Under the pieces are notes generated by a model. It searched no databases and was not told the origin of the DNA. It saw only the letters and a list, made by a program, of their open reading frames with translations. A stretch of 64,000 nucleotides of DNA, taken from Myxococcota bacterium. Its GTDB lineage: Bacteria > Myxococcota_A > UBA9042 > PHBI01 > JAWLBL01. Position numbers and translations under genes: made by a program. The DNA is taken from positions 151,660 through 215,659 of the forward strand of contig JAWLBL010000003.1 in assembly GCA_041687695.1 (NCBI GenBank). The letters run 5' to 3'. Below, one piece after another: positions 48,989-58,600 of the stretch. The stretch's first letter is position 1, and each line of letters opens with the position of its first letter.

Positions 48989-50134
48989 GTGACATTCCGA
49001 ATCCCAGGCTTCGCGGGCCGCATCGGCCGCGCGGCTGCGATCGGGGCGCTCGCCCTCCTCGCCACCCCACCGGCGCTCGCCGGCGAGGCGGCCGACGTCA
49101 AGGGCGAGCAGGTCGCCCAGGCCGACAGCAACTCGGCCACGAGCAGCACGTCCGCCGTCAACCAGCCCGGCGCGATCCCGGTCGCGGCGCCCAGCGCGTT
49201 GCGCGCGATGCTCCGCGTCGACGCCTCGGTCGGCGCGGGCTCCTTCGTGAGCGGCGTCCAGAACAACACGGCCTTGTCGACCGCCTGGACGCCCACGCTC
49301 AGCTACGGGCTCACCGAGCGGGTGACCCTGTCCGGCACCATCGCCGCGGCGATGTACCACATCAACGACACGACGGTGCCCTTCGAGAACGGCCGCGTCC
49401 TGCTCTCCGACGCCTCGCTCGGGGTGGCGCACAGCAAGATCTGGGGCTGGTCGCCCGAGACCGAGGCGGGCGCCCCGGCGTCGGGGGTCAACCTGAACCT
49501 GTCGGGCGCCTTCCGGCTCTACCTGCCGACCTCCGAAGCGTCCTTGATGCAGGACCGCCTCTTCTCGATGCGTCCGACCCTGACGTTCGGCGCCAGCTGG
49601 GGACCGCTGTCGGCCGGCTGGACCGCGGGGTTCATGAAGTACTTCATGACCTCGAGCAACCCCTCGATCGACTGCGAGGAGTGGGCGGCCTCGGGCGAGT
49701 GCCTGTCGGGTCGCGGCACCGCCCCGGGCGGCCGCTTCGAGAGCGAGCGCCGCGGCGGCGAGGTCTACCTCCCGTCCGCGGGCGTCAACTCGTTCTACGT
49801 CATGAACTCGTTCTCGCTGGGCTGGCAGATCGTCGACGGCCTGTCGCTGGGCGCGTCGGCGACGGTCTTCAACATCTTCGGCGTCCGCGCCTTCGAGGTC
49901 GACGACATGTCTTCACCCAACGCGCGGTCGGGCCGTGCCCAGACCGACCGCCTCGTCACCGACCTCGGGATCACCTACCGCATCGTGCGGCAGCTGTCCG
50001 TGGGCGCCTCGCTGTCGACCGACACGGTCCAGCCGTTCGGCGCCAACGGCGAGGACTTCGTCTGGCAGGGCTTCTTCGGCCGCGCCTCGGACAACATCTC
50101 GTCCGTCAACTTCTCGATCATCGGTTCGCTTTGA
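48989..50134 (+). CDS. predicted outer-membrane beta-barrel protein (381 aa), family not recognised
   Basis: SpI signal (ALA-GE); many alternating amphipathic strands (PTLSYGL, LNLSGAFRLYLP, FSLGWQI, DLGITYRI, VNFSIIGSL). Confidence 0.7.
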   Translation: MTFRIPGFAGRIGRAAAIGALALLATPPALAGEAADVKGEQVAQADSNSATSSTSAVNQPGAIPVAAPSALRAMLRVDASVGAGSFVSGVQNNTALSTAWTPTLSYGLTERVTLSGTIAAAMYHINDTTVPFENGRVLLSDASLGVAHSKIWGWSPETEAGAPASGVNLNLSGAFRLYLPTSEASLMQDRLFSMRPTLTFGASWGPLSAGWTAGFMKYFMTSSNPSIDCEEWAASGECLSGRGTAPGGRFESERRGGEVYLPSAGVNSFYVMNSFSLGWQIVDGLSLGASATVFNIFGVRAFEVDDMSSPNARSGRAQTDRLVTDLGITYRIVRQLSVGASLSTDTVQPFGANGEDFVWQGFFGRASDNISSVNFSIIGSL

Positions 50135-50246
50135 CGCGAGGCCTTCCAAGCGCTCGCCACGACGTTCGTACTCGCGTGCTGGCCCGGGACGCCAGCCACG
50201 CCGACGGCTGGGTCCCGGTGACCCGGTCCCTGCAGGAGGTTCGCTG

Positions 50247-53200
50247 ATGAATCTGGACGCCCTCAAGAGAACGCTGACCCGCCTCCTCGGCGTGGTGGCG
50301 CTGGCGCTCGTACCGCTCGGCCTCCTGCCCGGATGCGTCGACGAGGTCGGCCTCGTCGACCGCACGCTCAACGACAAGATGGACAAGCGCATGTTCGAGG
50401 GCGTCTGGATGTACATCCAGACGACGGTCGACGTGCCCTACTCGACGGCCATCAGCTTCACCGGCGAGACGAACTTCGGCGAGGCCGCCAAGATCGTCTT
50501 CGACATCCAGGAGAACTTCCTCGTCGCCTACCCGGTCATCGAGACCATCGAGGGGACGGAGAAGGGCTGGAAGACCCACAAGATCCGAAAGTACTGGGAC
50601 AAGGACGCCCGGGACGAGTTCGTCGAGATGTACGTGGGCCCGCCGGTCGCCCGGTGGAGCATCGTCAAGCACTTCGACGTCATCCGGAACTACAACACGT
50701 TCAACGGCGCGCAGACCAACGAGGTCGTCGAGAACACGACCGACCGGCCCTGGTACGAGCGCGACTTCATCCGCGTGAACTGGGCCCAGCAGGGCATCCG
50801 GCCGTTCTTCTACGATCTGGGCGGCGCCTCGGCCTCCGACAGCTACTTCGTCGGCGAGGACAAGGTCGGCGACCCCGACGCCATGACCGTCGACATGGAG
50901 GGCGGCTACTTCGACTACGTCATCCGGACGAACGTGTGGTCGCTCGGCCAGAACCGCTGCAGCGTCTACAACCTGACCGAGTACGACTGCGTCTCCGCCG
51001 AGGTGAAGGCGCGGCACTCGTTCCGTCGCATGGACCCGCGGCGTGACTACGAGCCGCTGCGCTACCACAACAACGAGCACCAGGAGAAGTTCGGCTTCTT
51101 CCTGACCGAGCGCTACGCCTACGACTCGGACTGGGGCCCCACCTACGAGGGCAAGGTCTCGTTCGCCAACCGCTGGAACCTGTGGCGCAACACCTACGAC
51201 TTCCGCAAGCCCGTCGACGACGAGGGCAACGAGCTGACCGTCGCGTGCTTCGCCGACGCCGACTGCGACCGCGAGGTCGGCGAGCGTTGCCAGAAGACCA
51301 CCGGCTGGTTCGACGACGGTTACTGCGCCGTCCCCGTGGCGCGCCCGTACAAGGACCGCGACCTCCGCCCGATCGTCTTCCACCTCAACCAGGACTGGCA
51401 CCCCGACTACCTGGCCGAAGCCTATGAGTCGGCGGACAACTGGAGCGACGTGTTCAAGGACGCCGTCGCCTGGGCGCTGTTCCACGAGGAGAAGGGCCAG
51501 GGGATCACGCGCACGTGCCAGTCGCACGCCGACTGCGCCACCGCGTCCCTCGTGGCGGACCACACGGTCGACGTCATCGAGAAGGGCTCGCGCTGCTTGC
51601 AGGCCGCCGACTGCTCCAACACCTGCAACCTGGCCAAGAACAGCTGCACCCTGACCGGCGGCAGCTGCACGTCGGACGCGCAGTGCACGGAGTACGCCTG
51701 CGGCGGCGACGGCTTCTGCGGCGCCCCGCGCGCCTGCAGCGCGGCCAACCCCTGCGCCCTGGGCCAGACCTGCTCGGGCGGCGTCTGCAAGCAGGGCGGT
51801 GAGACCGTCGCGACGCGCCTGCCGACGGTGAGCACCCGCGGCAGCACCGTGATCTACCACGGCCACGGCGACGACAAGTCCATCGTGACCCGCGACGTCT
51901 TCCCGGCGCGCCTGCTCGACCCGACCCAGCAGGGCCTGACGGGCAACAACTCGTGGGTGCGCTTCGTCAACGCGGCCCCCGGGGCCGGCTCGTTCGGCCT
52001 GAAGGTGGGCGACGTGGTCTTCGAGGGCGGCGCCTACGGCGACACCGTCGACTACGCGACGACCCGCCCCGAGACGGCCAAGTTCATGAAGCAGGTGCCG
52101 TCGGGCATCGGCCTGAAGTTCGAGGTGACCAGCGGCGGCTCGGTGGTCGCCTCGGTCTTCGGCGACGTGGCCGCCAAGTCGCAGTACCTGGTCGTCTACA
52201 ACGGCAAGGACGTCATCGTCGCGGGCGCGTCCTTCAACGAGTCGCGCCAGGGCATCCGGTTCCTGAACGCCGCGGAGGGCGTCTCGCTCGACTTCGCCGT
52301 CGAGGGCGTCCGGCTGGACACCGCGGTCGGCTACCGCGCGGCGACCCCGTACCGCAGCATGGCCGGCGACGTCCAGCGCGTGACGCTCAGCGTGGCCGGG
52401 TCGCGCGGCGACCTGACCTGCTACACCGACGACACCATCGGACGCTGCGTCGGCTGGGGCGCCGACATCACGCAGAAGGACCATGACCGCGTCGCCGAGA
52501 TCAAGAGCAACCTGCCCGACATGTTCGTGCTCTGCGAGAACACCTACAACGAGCTCGAGGCGGTCGATCAGGCCAGGATGGCGGCGCGCGAGGGCAACGC
52601 CCGTTACACCCAGGACCTGGGCAACGGCGCGTTCTACAACCCCTGCGGCGACCCCGACCTGATCCCGCACCCGACCGAGACCAAGAAGATCGGCGACATC
52701 CGCTACAGCTTCTTCTACTGGGTCAACGAGCAGCAGCGCTCGGGCCCCCTCGGCTACGGGCCCTCGGCCGCGGATCCCGAGTCGGGGCAGATCCTCTTCG
52801 CGACGGCCTACATCTACGGCGGCGCGATGCACACCTACGGCCAGTACGCGGCCGACCTCATCAATCTGGTCAACGGCGACCTGGACACCGCCGACCTCGT
52901 GACCGGCGAGTGGGTCCGCAAGGCGCTCGAGGCGCAGGCCAAGGAAGAGGACGCCAACAAGGCCACCATCATCGGCGCCCTGACCGAGGTCGAGGAGGAC
53001 GCCACCTCCGACGCGGAGGCCGAGTCCCGCACGCGCGAGCTGCTAGAGAGGCTCGAGCGCTTCGGCGGCCACGCGGCCATGCAGCCGAGCGCCCGCGGCG
53101 AGGCCGCCCAGGCGCACCATGCCCACGACCACGTGGCCCACGCGCGGACCCTGGTCGCGCCGCAGCGGCAGCCGAAGGACTACGAGTTCCCGGAGCTGAT

Positions 53201-55628
53201 GCACTACACGGTCAACCCGAAGAAGCTGGGTGAGGACCTCAAGGCCTCGCTGCCTCAGGTCGACCCGCAGCTCAACCACCGGCGCCTGGGCCTCATCAAG
53301 GACACCTGGATCGAAGACCTCACGATGAACAACGAGGTCATGCTCAACGCGCAGGCCATCGATCCCGACGGTGAGATGTCCTACGACGAGCTCAAGGCGC
53401 GCCTGTCCCCGACGCACTGGGCGTCGAAGGCCGTCATGAACGTCGAGTCGGAGCGCATGCGGCGCCTGTCGCGCGGGTGCATCTACATGGGCGAGTTCGT
53501 GGACGACTCGCTCTTCGGCCTGGCCAAGGAGATGAAGGACAAGGGCCTGACCGGCGACGCCATGCGCATCGCGGTCGCCAGCCGCATCCTCGGCGGCGTG
53601 CTCGAGCACGAGGTCGGCCACACCGTGGGCCTGCGCCACAACTTCTCCGGCTCGACCGACGTCTTCAACTTCCACGACGAGTACTTCCAGGTCCGCGAGC
53701 CCGAGGTCATCCTCTGCCAGGACGACGGCTGGTGCGACGACCTCACGGGCGAGGCCTGCGCCATCAAGCAGTGCTCGAGCGACGCCGACTGCGGCGCGGG
53801 CCTGCTGTGTGGCACGAACAACCAGTGCTCGGCGCTGGCCGGCGACGGCTCGCAGGCTCTGACCCCGACCGGCGTGTGCGCGCGCCCGGTCGGCAACAAC
53901 ACCTGCACCACCGACGCGCAGTGCGGCGATGGTCTCATCTGCAGCGTCGTGAACAACCGGTGCTTCGATCCGAGCGAGCAGTTCGCCCCGCGCTTCTGGC
54001 TGACCGAGAACGAGAAGGCCAACAAGCGCACCGAGTACCAGTACTCGACCATCATGGACTACGGCGGCCGCGTGAACAGCGACGTCCACGGCCTGGGCAA
54101 GTACGACTACGCCGCGATCAAGTTCGGCTACACGCAGCTCGTCGACACCTACACCGACATCTCCAAGCTGATGGAGCGCATCGACAAGGCGGCGGCGCTC
54201 ACCGGGCAGTCGCGCGCCCAGATGTCGTACTTCATCAACCCGGCCTACTGGTCCAACCGCGGCACGGGCTTCTACCACGCGTTCAACTACCTCACGAACT
54301 ACATCGGGGTTGAGCAGAACCTCCAGCGCGTCCCGCGCCCGTACGACCAGGTCAAGTACCAGCGCGAGATGGTCAGCAACGACGTCCGAGAGGACCTCGA
54401 CTGGGCCAACGTCGAGGTGCCGTACGCGTTCTGCTCGGACGAGTTCCGCGGCAACATGGGCTGCTACTACTTCGACCAGGGCATCGACGCCGGCGAGATG
54501 GCGGCCCACGCGCAGGAGCAGCTGAAGAACTACTACGTCTTCGACGCCTTCAAGCGCGAGCGCCTGTTCTTCGGCTCGTACGGCAGCGCGATGGGCTACT
54601 ACGCGCGCCTGATGGACCGGTACCTGCGCGTCCTCGGTGACGTCGGCATGTACTACGCCATGTGGGACAACTTCCTCTGGCGCTACTCCTGGTACAACGA
54701 GTGGAAGACCTGGCCCCTGGGTGGCCGCGCCCTCAGCCGCGCCGCGGTCGACGCGTTCGGCTACCTCAAGGACACGGTCTCGTCGCCCGCGCCGGGCTGC
54801 TACGTCCAGGACGAGGACAGCGGCGCCTACGTCAACGTCGGCCTGACGACCGAGGGCAAGGACTGCGAGCTCGAGGTGCCCTTCGGCATTGGTCGCTTCC
54901 CCTACACCCAGTTCGGCACCGACCTCGGCTACAACTTCTACCAGCACCCGCTGTGGTTCGGCAGCTTCTGGGAGAAGCTGGGCGCCCTCATCACGCTCAC
55001 CGACTCGACGGCCTACTTCGTCGACCAGAGCGTCGGCGAGCAGCTCAACATCGGCGTCGGCACCTCGCTCGGCTTCAACACGGTCTTCTCGAACGACATG
55101 AACGCCTTCCTCGGCGGCATCGTGTCGGGCACGCTCGACAAGTACGCCGGGCGCGCCGTGAACGGGAACTACATCGGGCCGTCGGTGCTCGGCGACCTGG
55201 CCAACGGGCCTCCGGTCGAGCCGTCGCTGAACAACTTCACCCTCAAGCTGTACGCCGCCCTGTTCGGCCTGGCCTACCTGCCCGCCGGCTTCGACCCGAC
55301 CTTCATCGACCGCATGGCCGTGTTCCTCGAGGGCGAGGCCACCGAGTACGACCACGGCGGCCAGACCGGCGTGGTCGCGCATCGCTTCGAGGACCCGATC
55401 GGCGGCAAGGTCTACGTGGCCTACTCGACCAACTACGGGACCCAGGCGAACAAGCTGGACATCGGGGCGACGCTGGTGGAGCGAGCGCAAGCGGCGGCCG
55501 ACGCCTGGGCCGAGGCGACCGGGCCGCAGCGCGCCGCGCTCGAGCGCGAGCTGCAGCAGCAGCGCGAGCTGCTCGACCTGCTCCGGCAGCTCCACCACAT
55601 CTACGGCAACGCCGTGCTGGGCCTGTAG
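50247..55628 (+). CDS. giant zinc-dependent metalloprotease lipoprotein A (1793 aa; metzincin, DUF4953/EcxA-like)
   Basis: AGGAGG SD; lipobox LPGC; HEVGHTVGLRHNF; Met-turn STIMDY; GKYDYAAIKFGY. Confidence 0.9.
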   Translation: MNLDALKRTLTRLLGVVALALVPLGLLPGCVDEVGLVDRTLNDKMDKRMFEGVWMYIQTTVDVPYSTAISFTGETNFGEAAKIVFDIQENFLVAYPVIETIEGTEKGWKTHKIRKYWDKDARDEFVEMYVGPPVARWSIVKHFDVIRNYNTFNGAQTNEVVENTTDRPWYERDFIRVNWAQQGIRPFFYDLGGASASDSYFVGEDKVGDPDAMTVDMEGGYFDYVIRTNVWSLGQNRCSVYNLTEYDCVSAEVKARHSFRRMDPRRDYEPLRYHNNEHQEKFGFFLTERYAYDSDWGPTYEGKVSFANRWNLWRNTYDFRKPVDDEGNELTVACFADADCDREVGERCQKTTGWFDDGYCAVPVARPYKDRDLRPIVFHLNQDWHPDYLAEAYESADNWSDVFKDAVAWALFHEEKGQGITRTCQSHADCATASLVADHTVDVIEKGSRCLQAADCSNTCNLAKNSCTLTGGSCTSDAQCTEYACGGDGFCGAPRACSAANPCALGQTCSGGVCKQGGETVATRLPTVSTRGSTVIYHGHGDDKSIVTRDVFPARLLDPTQQGLTGNNSWVRFVNAAPGAGSFGLKVGDVVFEGGAYGDTVDYATTRPETAKFMKQVPSGIGLKFEVTSGGSVVASVFGDVAAKSQYLVVYNGKDVIVAGASFNESRQGIRFLNAAEGVSLDFAVEGVRLDTAVGYRAATPYRSMAGDVQRVTLSVAGSRGDLTCYTDDTIGRCVGWGADITQKDHDRVAEIKSNLPDMFVLCENTYNELEAVDQARMAAREGNARYTQDLGNGAFYNPCGDPDLIPHPTETKKIGDIRYSFFYWVNEQQRSGPLGYGPSAADPESGQILFATAYIYGGAMHTYGQYAADLINLVNGDLDTADLVTGEWVRKALEAQAKEEDANKATIIGALTEVEEDATSDAEAESRTRELLERLERFGGHAAMQPSARGEAAQAHHAHDHVAHARTLVAPQRQPKDYEFPELMHYTVNPKKLGEDLKASLPQVDPQLNHRRLGLIKDTWIEDLTMNNEVMLNAQAIDPDGEMSYDELKARLSPTHWASKAVMNVESERMRRLSRGCIYMGEFVDDSLFGLAKEMKDKGLTGDAMRIAVASRILGGVLEHEVGHTVGLRHNFSGSTDVFNFHDEYFQVREPEVILCQDDGWCDDLTGEACAIKQCSSDADCGAGLLCGTNNQCSALAGDGSQALTPTGVCARPVGNNTCTTDAQCGDGLICSVVNNRCFDPSEQFAPRFWLTENEKANKRTEYQYSTIMDYGGRVNSDVHGLGKYDYAAIKFGYTQLVDTYTDISKLMERIDKAAALTGQSRAQMSYFINPAYWSNRGTGFYHAFNYLTNYIGVEQNLQRVPRPYDQVKYQREMVSNDVREDLDWANVEVPYAFCSDEFRGNMGCYYFDQGIDAGEMAAHAQEQLKNYYVFDAFKRERLFFGSYGSAMGYYARLMDRYLRVLGDVGMYYAMWDNFLWRYSWYNEWKTWPLGGRALSRAAVDAFGYLKDTVSSPAPGCYVQDEDSGAYVNVGLTTEGKDCELEVPFGIGRFPYTQFGTDLGYNFYQHPLWFGSFWEKLGALITLTDSTAYFVDQSVGEQLNIGVGTSLGFNTVFSNDMNAFLGGIVSGTLDKYAGRAVNGNYIGPSVLGDLANGPPVEPSLNNFTLKLYAALFGLAYLPAGFDPTFIDRMAVFLEGEATEYDHGGQTGVVAHRFEDPIGGKVYVAYSTNYGTQANKLDIGATLVERAQAAADAWAEATGPQRAALERELQQQRELLDLLRQLHHIYGNAVLGL

Positions 55629-55639
55629 GAGGACGAGCG

Positions 55640-58600
55640 ATGCGCACCCTTGGAAACTGCGGCACTCACCGCTCATCGCATGGCACCAGCGCGCGCGCTG
55701 GGGGAGCTCGGGGCATGTGGTCTTCTCTTCGTCAGCTGGCCGCCGTCGGCCTCGTCGCCGCCGGCGTGGCCCTGGCGGGTCTCGGTGGCTGCGCCGACCC
55801 CGAGCCCATCAACCGCGTCCAGCCGAACCTCATCGAGAAGTCGAAGCTGGGCGGCGAGTGGTACATCCTGGACACCATCGTCCGGGCGCCGTTCGCCTCG
55901 CACTACTTCTTCGCCGGTCTGCAGAGCTCGCTCGACCGCGGCGTCTTCGAGATCGAGGAGCGGCACCTGTACCTGTACCGCACCTACGAGTTCATCGAGG
56001 GCGTCGAGCAGCAGGGCCTCAAGAGCGACTCGGACAAGCCGCTGCTCGACGAGGACGGCAACCCGGTCACCTATGACAAGGTGATGCCCGACGGGTCGGT
56101 GAAGAAGGCGACGCGCTACGTGTACCGCAGCGCGCCGCTGGCCAAGTACGCCATCTCCGGCCACTTCGACGTTCGTCAGTCCTACAACCCCATCACGGGC
56201 GAGCCGACCAACGTGACGGTCGAGGACGCGAGCGAGAAGTACTGGTGGGAGCGCGACTGGATGCGCGTCGACTTCGGGTCCGATACGGCCGGCAACTCGG
56301 CGCGGTTCGGCTCGGACATGTTCAACGCGGTGGTGTACGAGGGTGAGACCGGCCCCGAAGAGCTGAAGCTCCGGGTCCAGGACGACGGCGCGTACATGGA
56401 CTTCGTGGTCCGCGGCTGGATCACCGCGCCGCGCACCTACCTGTGGGGCTGGGGCTGGATCCCGACCTGCTTCTTCTACCCCTGGTACACGGGCTCGTAC
56501 TTCGAGTGCGGTGAGGAGGAGATCCACATCCGCACCAGCCTGATGAAGGTCGACCCCGGCAACACCTACCAGCCGTGGAACTACGACGACCACATGCTCG
56601 ACAAGTTCGGCTTCTTCCGCCGGGCCCGGGCCACCTACGACCAGTACTACGGCGCGACCTTCAGCGCGGCCGAGCGCCACATCCAGCGCTTCCGGATCTG
56701 GGAGGACTACGTCGACGCGGACGGCGACGGCAAGCTCGACTACGCGTCGATGAAGCCGCAGCCGATCGTCTACTACCTGTCCGAGAAGTTCCCGCGAGAG
56801 CTCATCCCGGGCGCGATCGATCTGGCCGATCAGTGGAACGAGCCCTTCGTCGAGGTGGTCGAGCACCTGACGGGCAAGCCCGTGGACGGGCGCATGTTCG
56901 TCCTGTGCGAGAACAACCTCGCCGAGGTCGCGGCCCTGCTCGAAGAGGATCCGGACGCCGTGCTCGCCGAGACCGACGAGCGCTACTGCAAGAACATGGA
57001 CCAGGCCAAGCCCTACGGCGACCTGCGCTACAACCAGCTGGTCAGCATCAACGAGCCGACCCAGTTCGGGCTGTACGGCTACGGTCCGGCGCACTCGGAC
57101 CCGCTGACGGGCGAGACCATCAACGCTCACGCGTTCCAGTACACGGGCAACCTGCGCCTGGGTGCGCGGACCGCGGTCGACATGATCGAGTACTCGGCGG
57201 GCGTGCAGACCTTCAGGGACGTCGCCGACGCCGAGCACATCCGGACCGACATCAAGGCCCGCACGCTGCGCCAGTCGCAGTCGGAGCCGCGCGTGCCGAC
57301 GAGCATCGAGGCGGCCCAGACGATGGCGAGCGAGCTGCTCGCCCCGGAGGTCGACGCCGTCATCACGCACTTCGGCCTCGAGGAGACGGACCTCGACCTG
57401 GCGCGCGCCGGCATGTCGCGGCTGCGCAACGCCAGCGAGTTCGACTTCGTGTGGCTCAACGCCGACATGGCCGCCCTCGTCGGTCTGCCGGCGGACCAGC
57501 TCGGCCAGATCCAGGATCCCGACCACTTCCTCCGTGGCCTGGTGCACCCGGCCTACACCAACACCGAGGACATGCTCCTGTGGGGCGAGAAGAAGGCGGC
57601 GCATCTGGGCCAGCAGGCCATCTGCATGGGCGAGCACTTCGACGACTCGTTCAACGGCCTCGCGGCCGAGTACCAGGGCGTCTATGACCAGGCCATCTGC
57701 GACGGGCTCAGCCAGCACGCGGACGCCGACCAGCTCATCTTCGACTTCTCGGCCTTCGCCGAGCTGGGCGCCAGCTGCGACGGCGGGGACTCGGCCTGCG
57801 CCTCCGACGAGGTGTGCACCTTCGTGGATCAGGGCGACGTCTCGGGCAAGTACTGCATGCGGCCCTGCACGGCCAACGCCCTGCTCCAGCAGCTGCGCCT
57901 CGAGATCCGGCGCGTCAACCAGATCGGCGAGTTCCAGTATTGGGATCCCAACGCGCTGTACACCGCGACCAAGGACGCGCGCGTCAACGCCAGCCAGCAG
58001 GCCGCGCGCGAGCTCATCGAGCAGGTGCGCGAGAAGGTCTTCCTCGAGACCTTCGACCGGATGTGGTCGACCGTCGCCATGCACGAGGCCGGCCACAACC
58101 TCGGCCTGCGTCACAACTTCGCGTCGTCGACGGACGCCCTGAACTACTTCGACGACTACTGGAGCATGAAGGGCACCACCGACGGTGAGGGCCACTGGCA
58201 TCCCAACAACCTGTGGTCGCGCGAGACCGACGCTCAGGTCGCCAGCCGCATGCGCGAGTACCAGCAGACCTCCATCATGGAGTACTCGGGCGCCTTCAAC
58301 GCGCGCTACCAGGGGCTCGGCTCCTATGACCGGGCGGCCATCCTGTTCGGCTACGGCGAGCTGCTCGAGGTGTTCGAGAACCCGCCGGCGCTCGAGGCGT
58401 ACGCCGACTACATCGCCGAGCCCTCCGACGGCGACCCGATGGCGCTGACGCTGACGCCGCGGCGCCTGCATCCGCTGGCGCGCGCCCTCGAGAAGATCCA
58501 CCACACGAACTACCCGGCGGTCTTCGGCGGCGTCGAGAACATGACCAAGCGCAAGGTCGTCAAGGCCGAAGACATCGCCGACACCTCGAAGCCCTGCAGC

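Noticed and set aside
45208..49296. 1362-aa ORF suggesting a giant HflX fusion
   Set aside because: The part upstream of 47031 is an off-frame reading of the TPR gene and intergenic DNA (Arg/Gly/Pro-rich); the same applies to the apparent extensions of the ssb, rimO, methyltransferase and protease B ORFs
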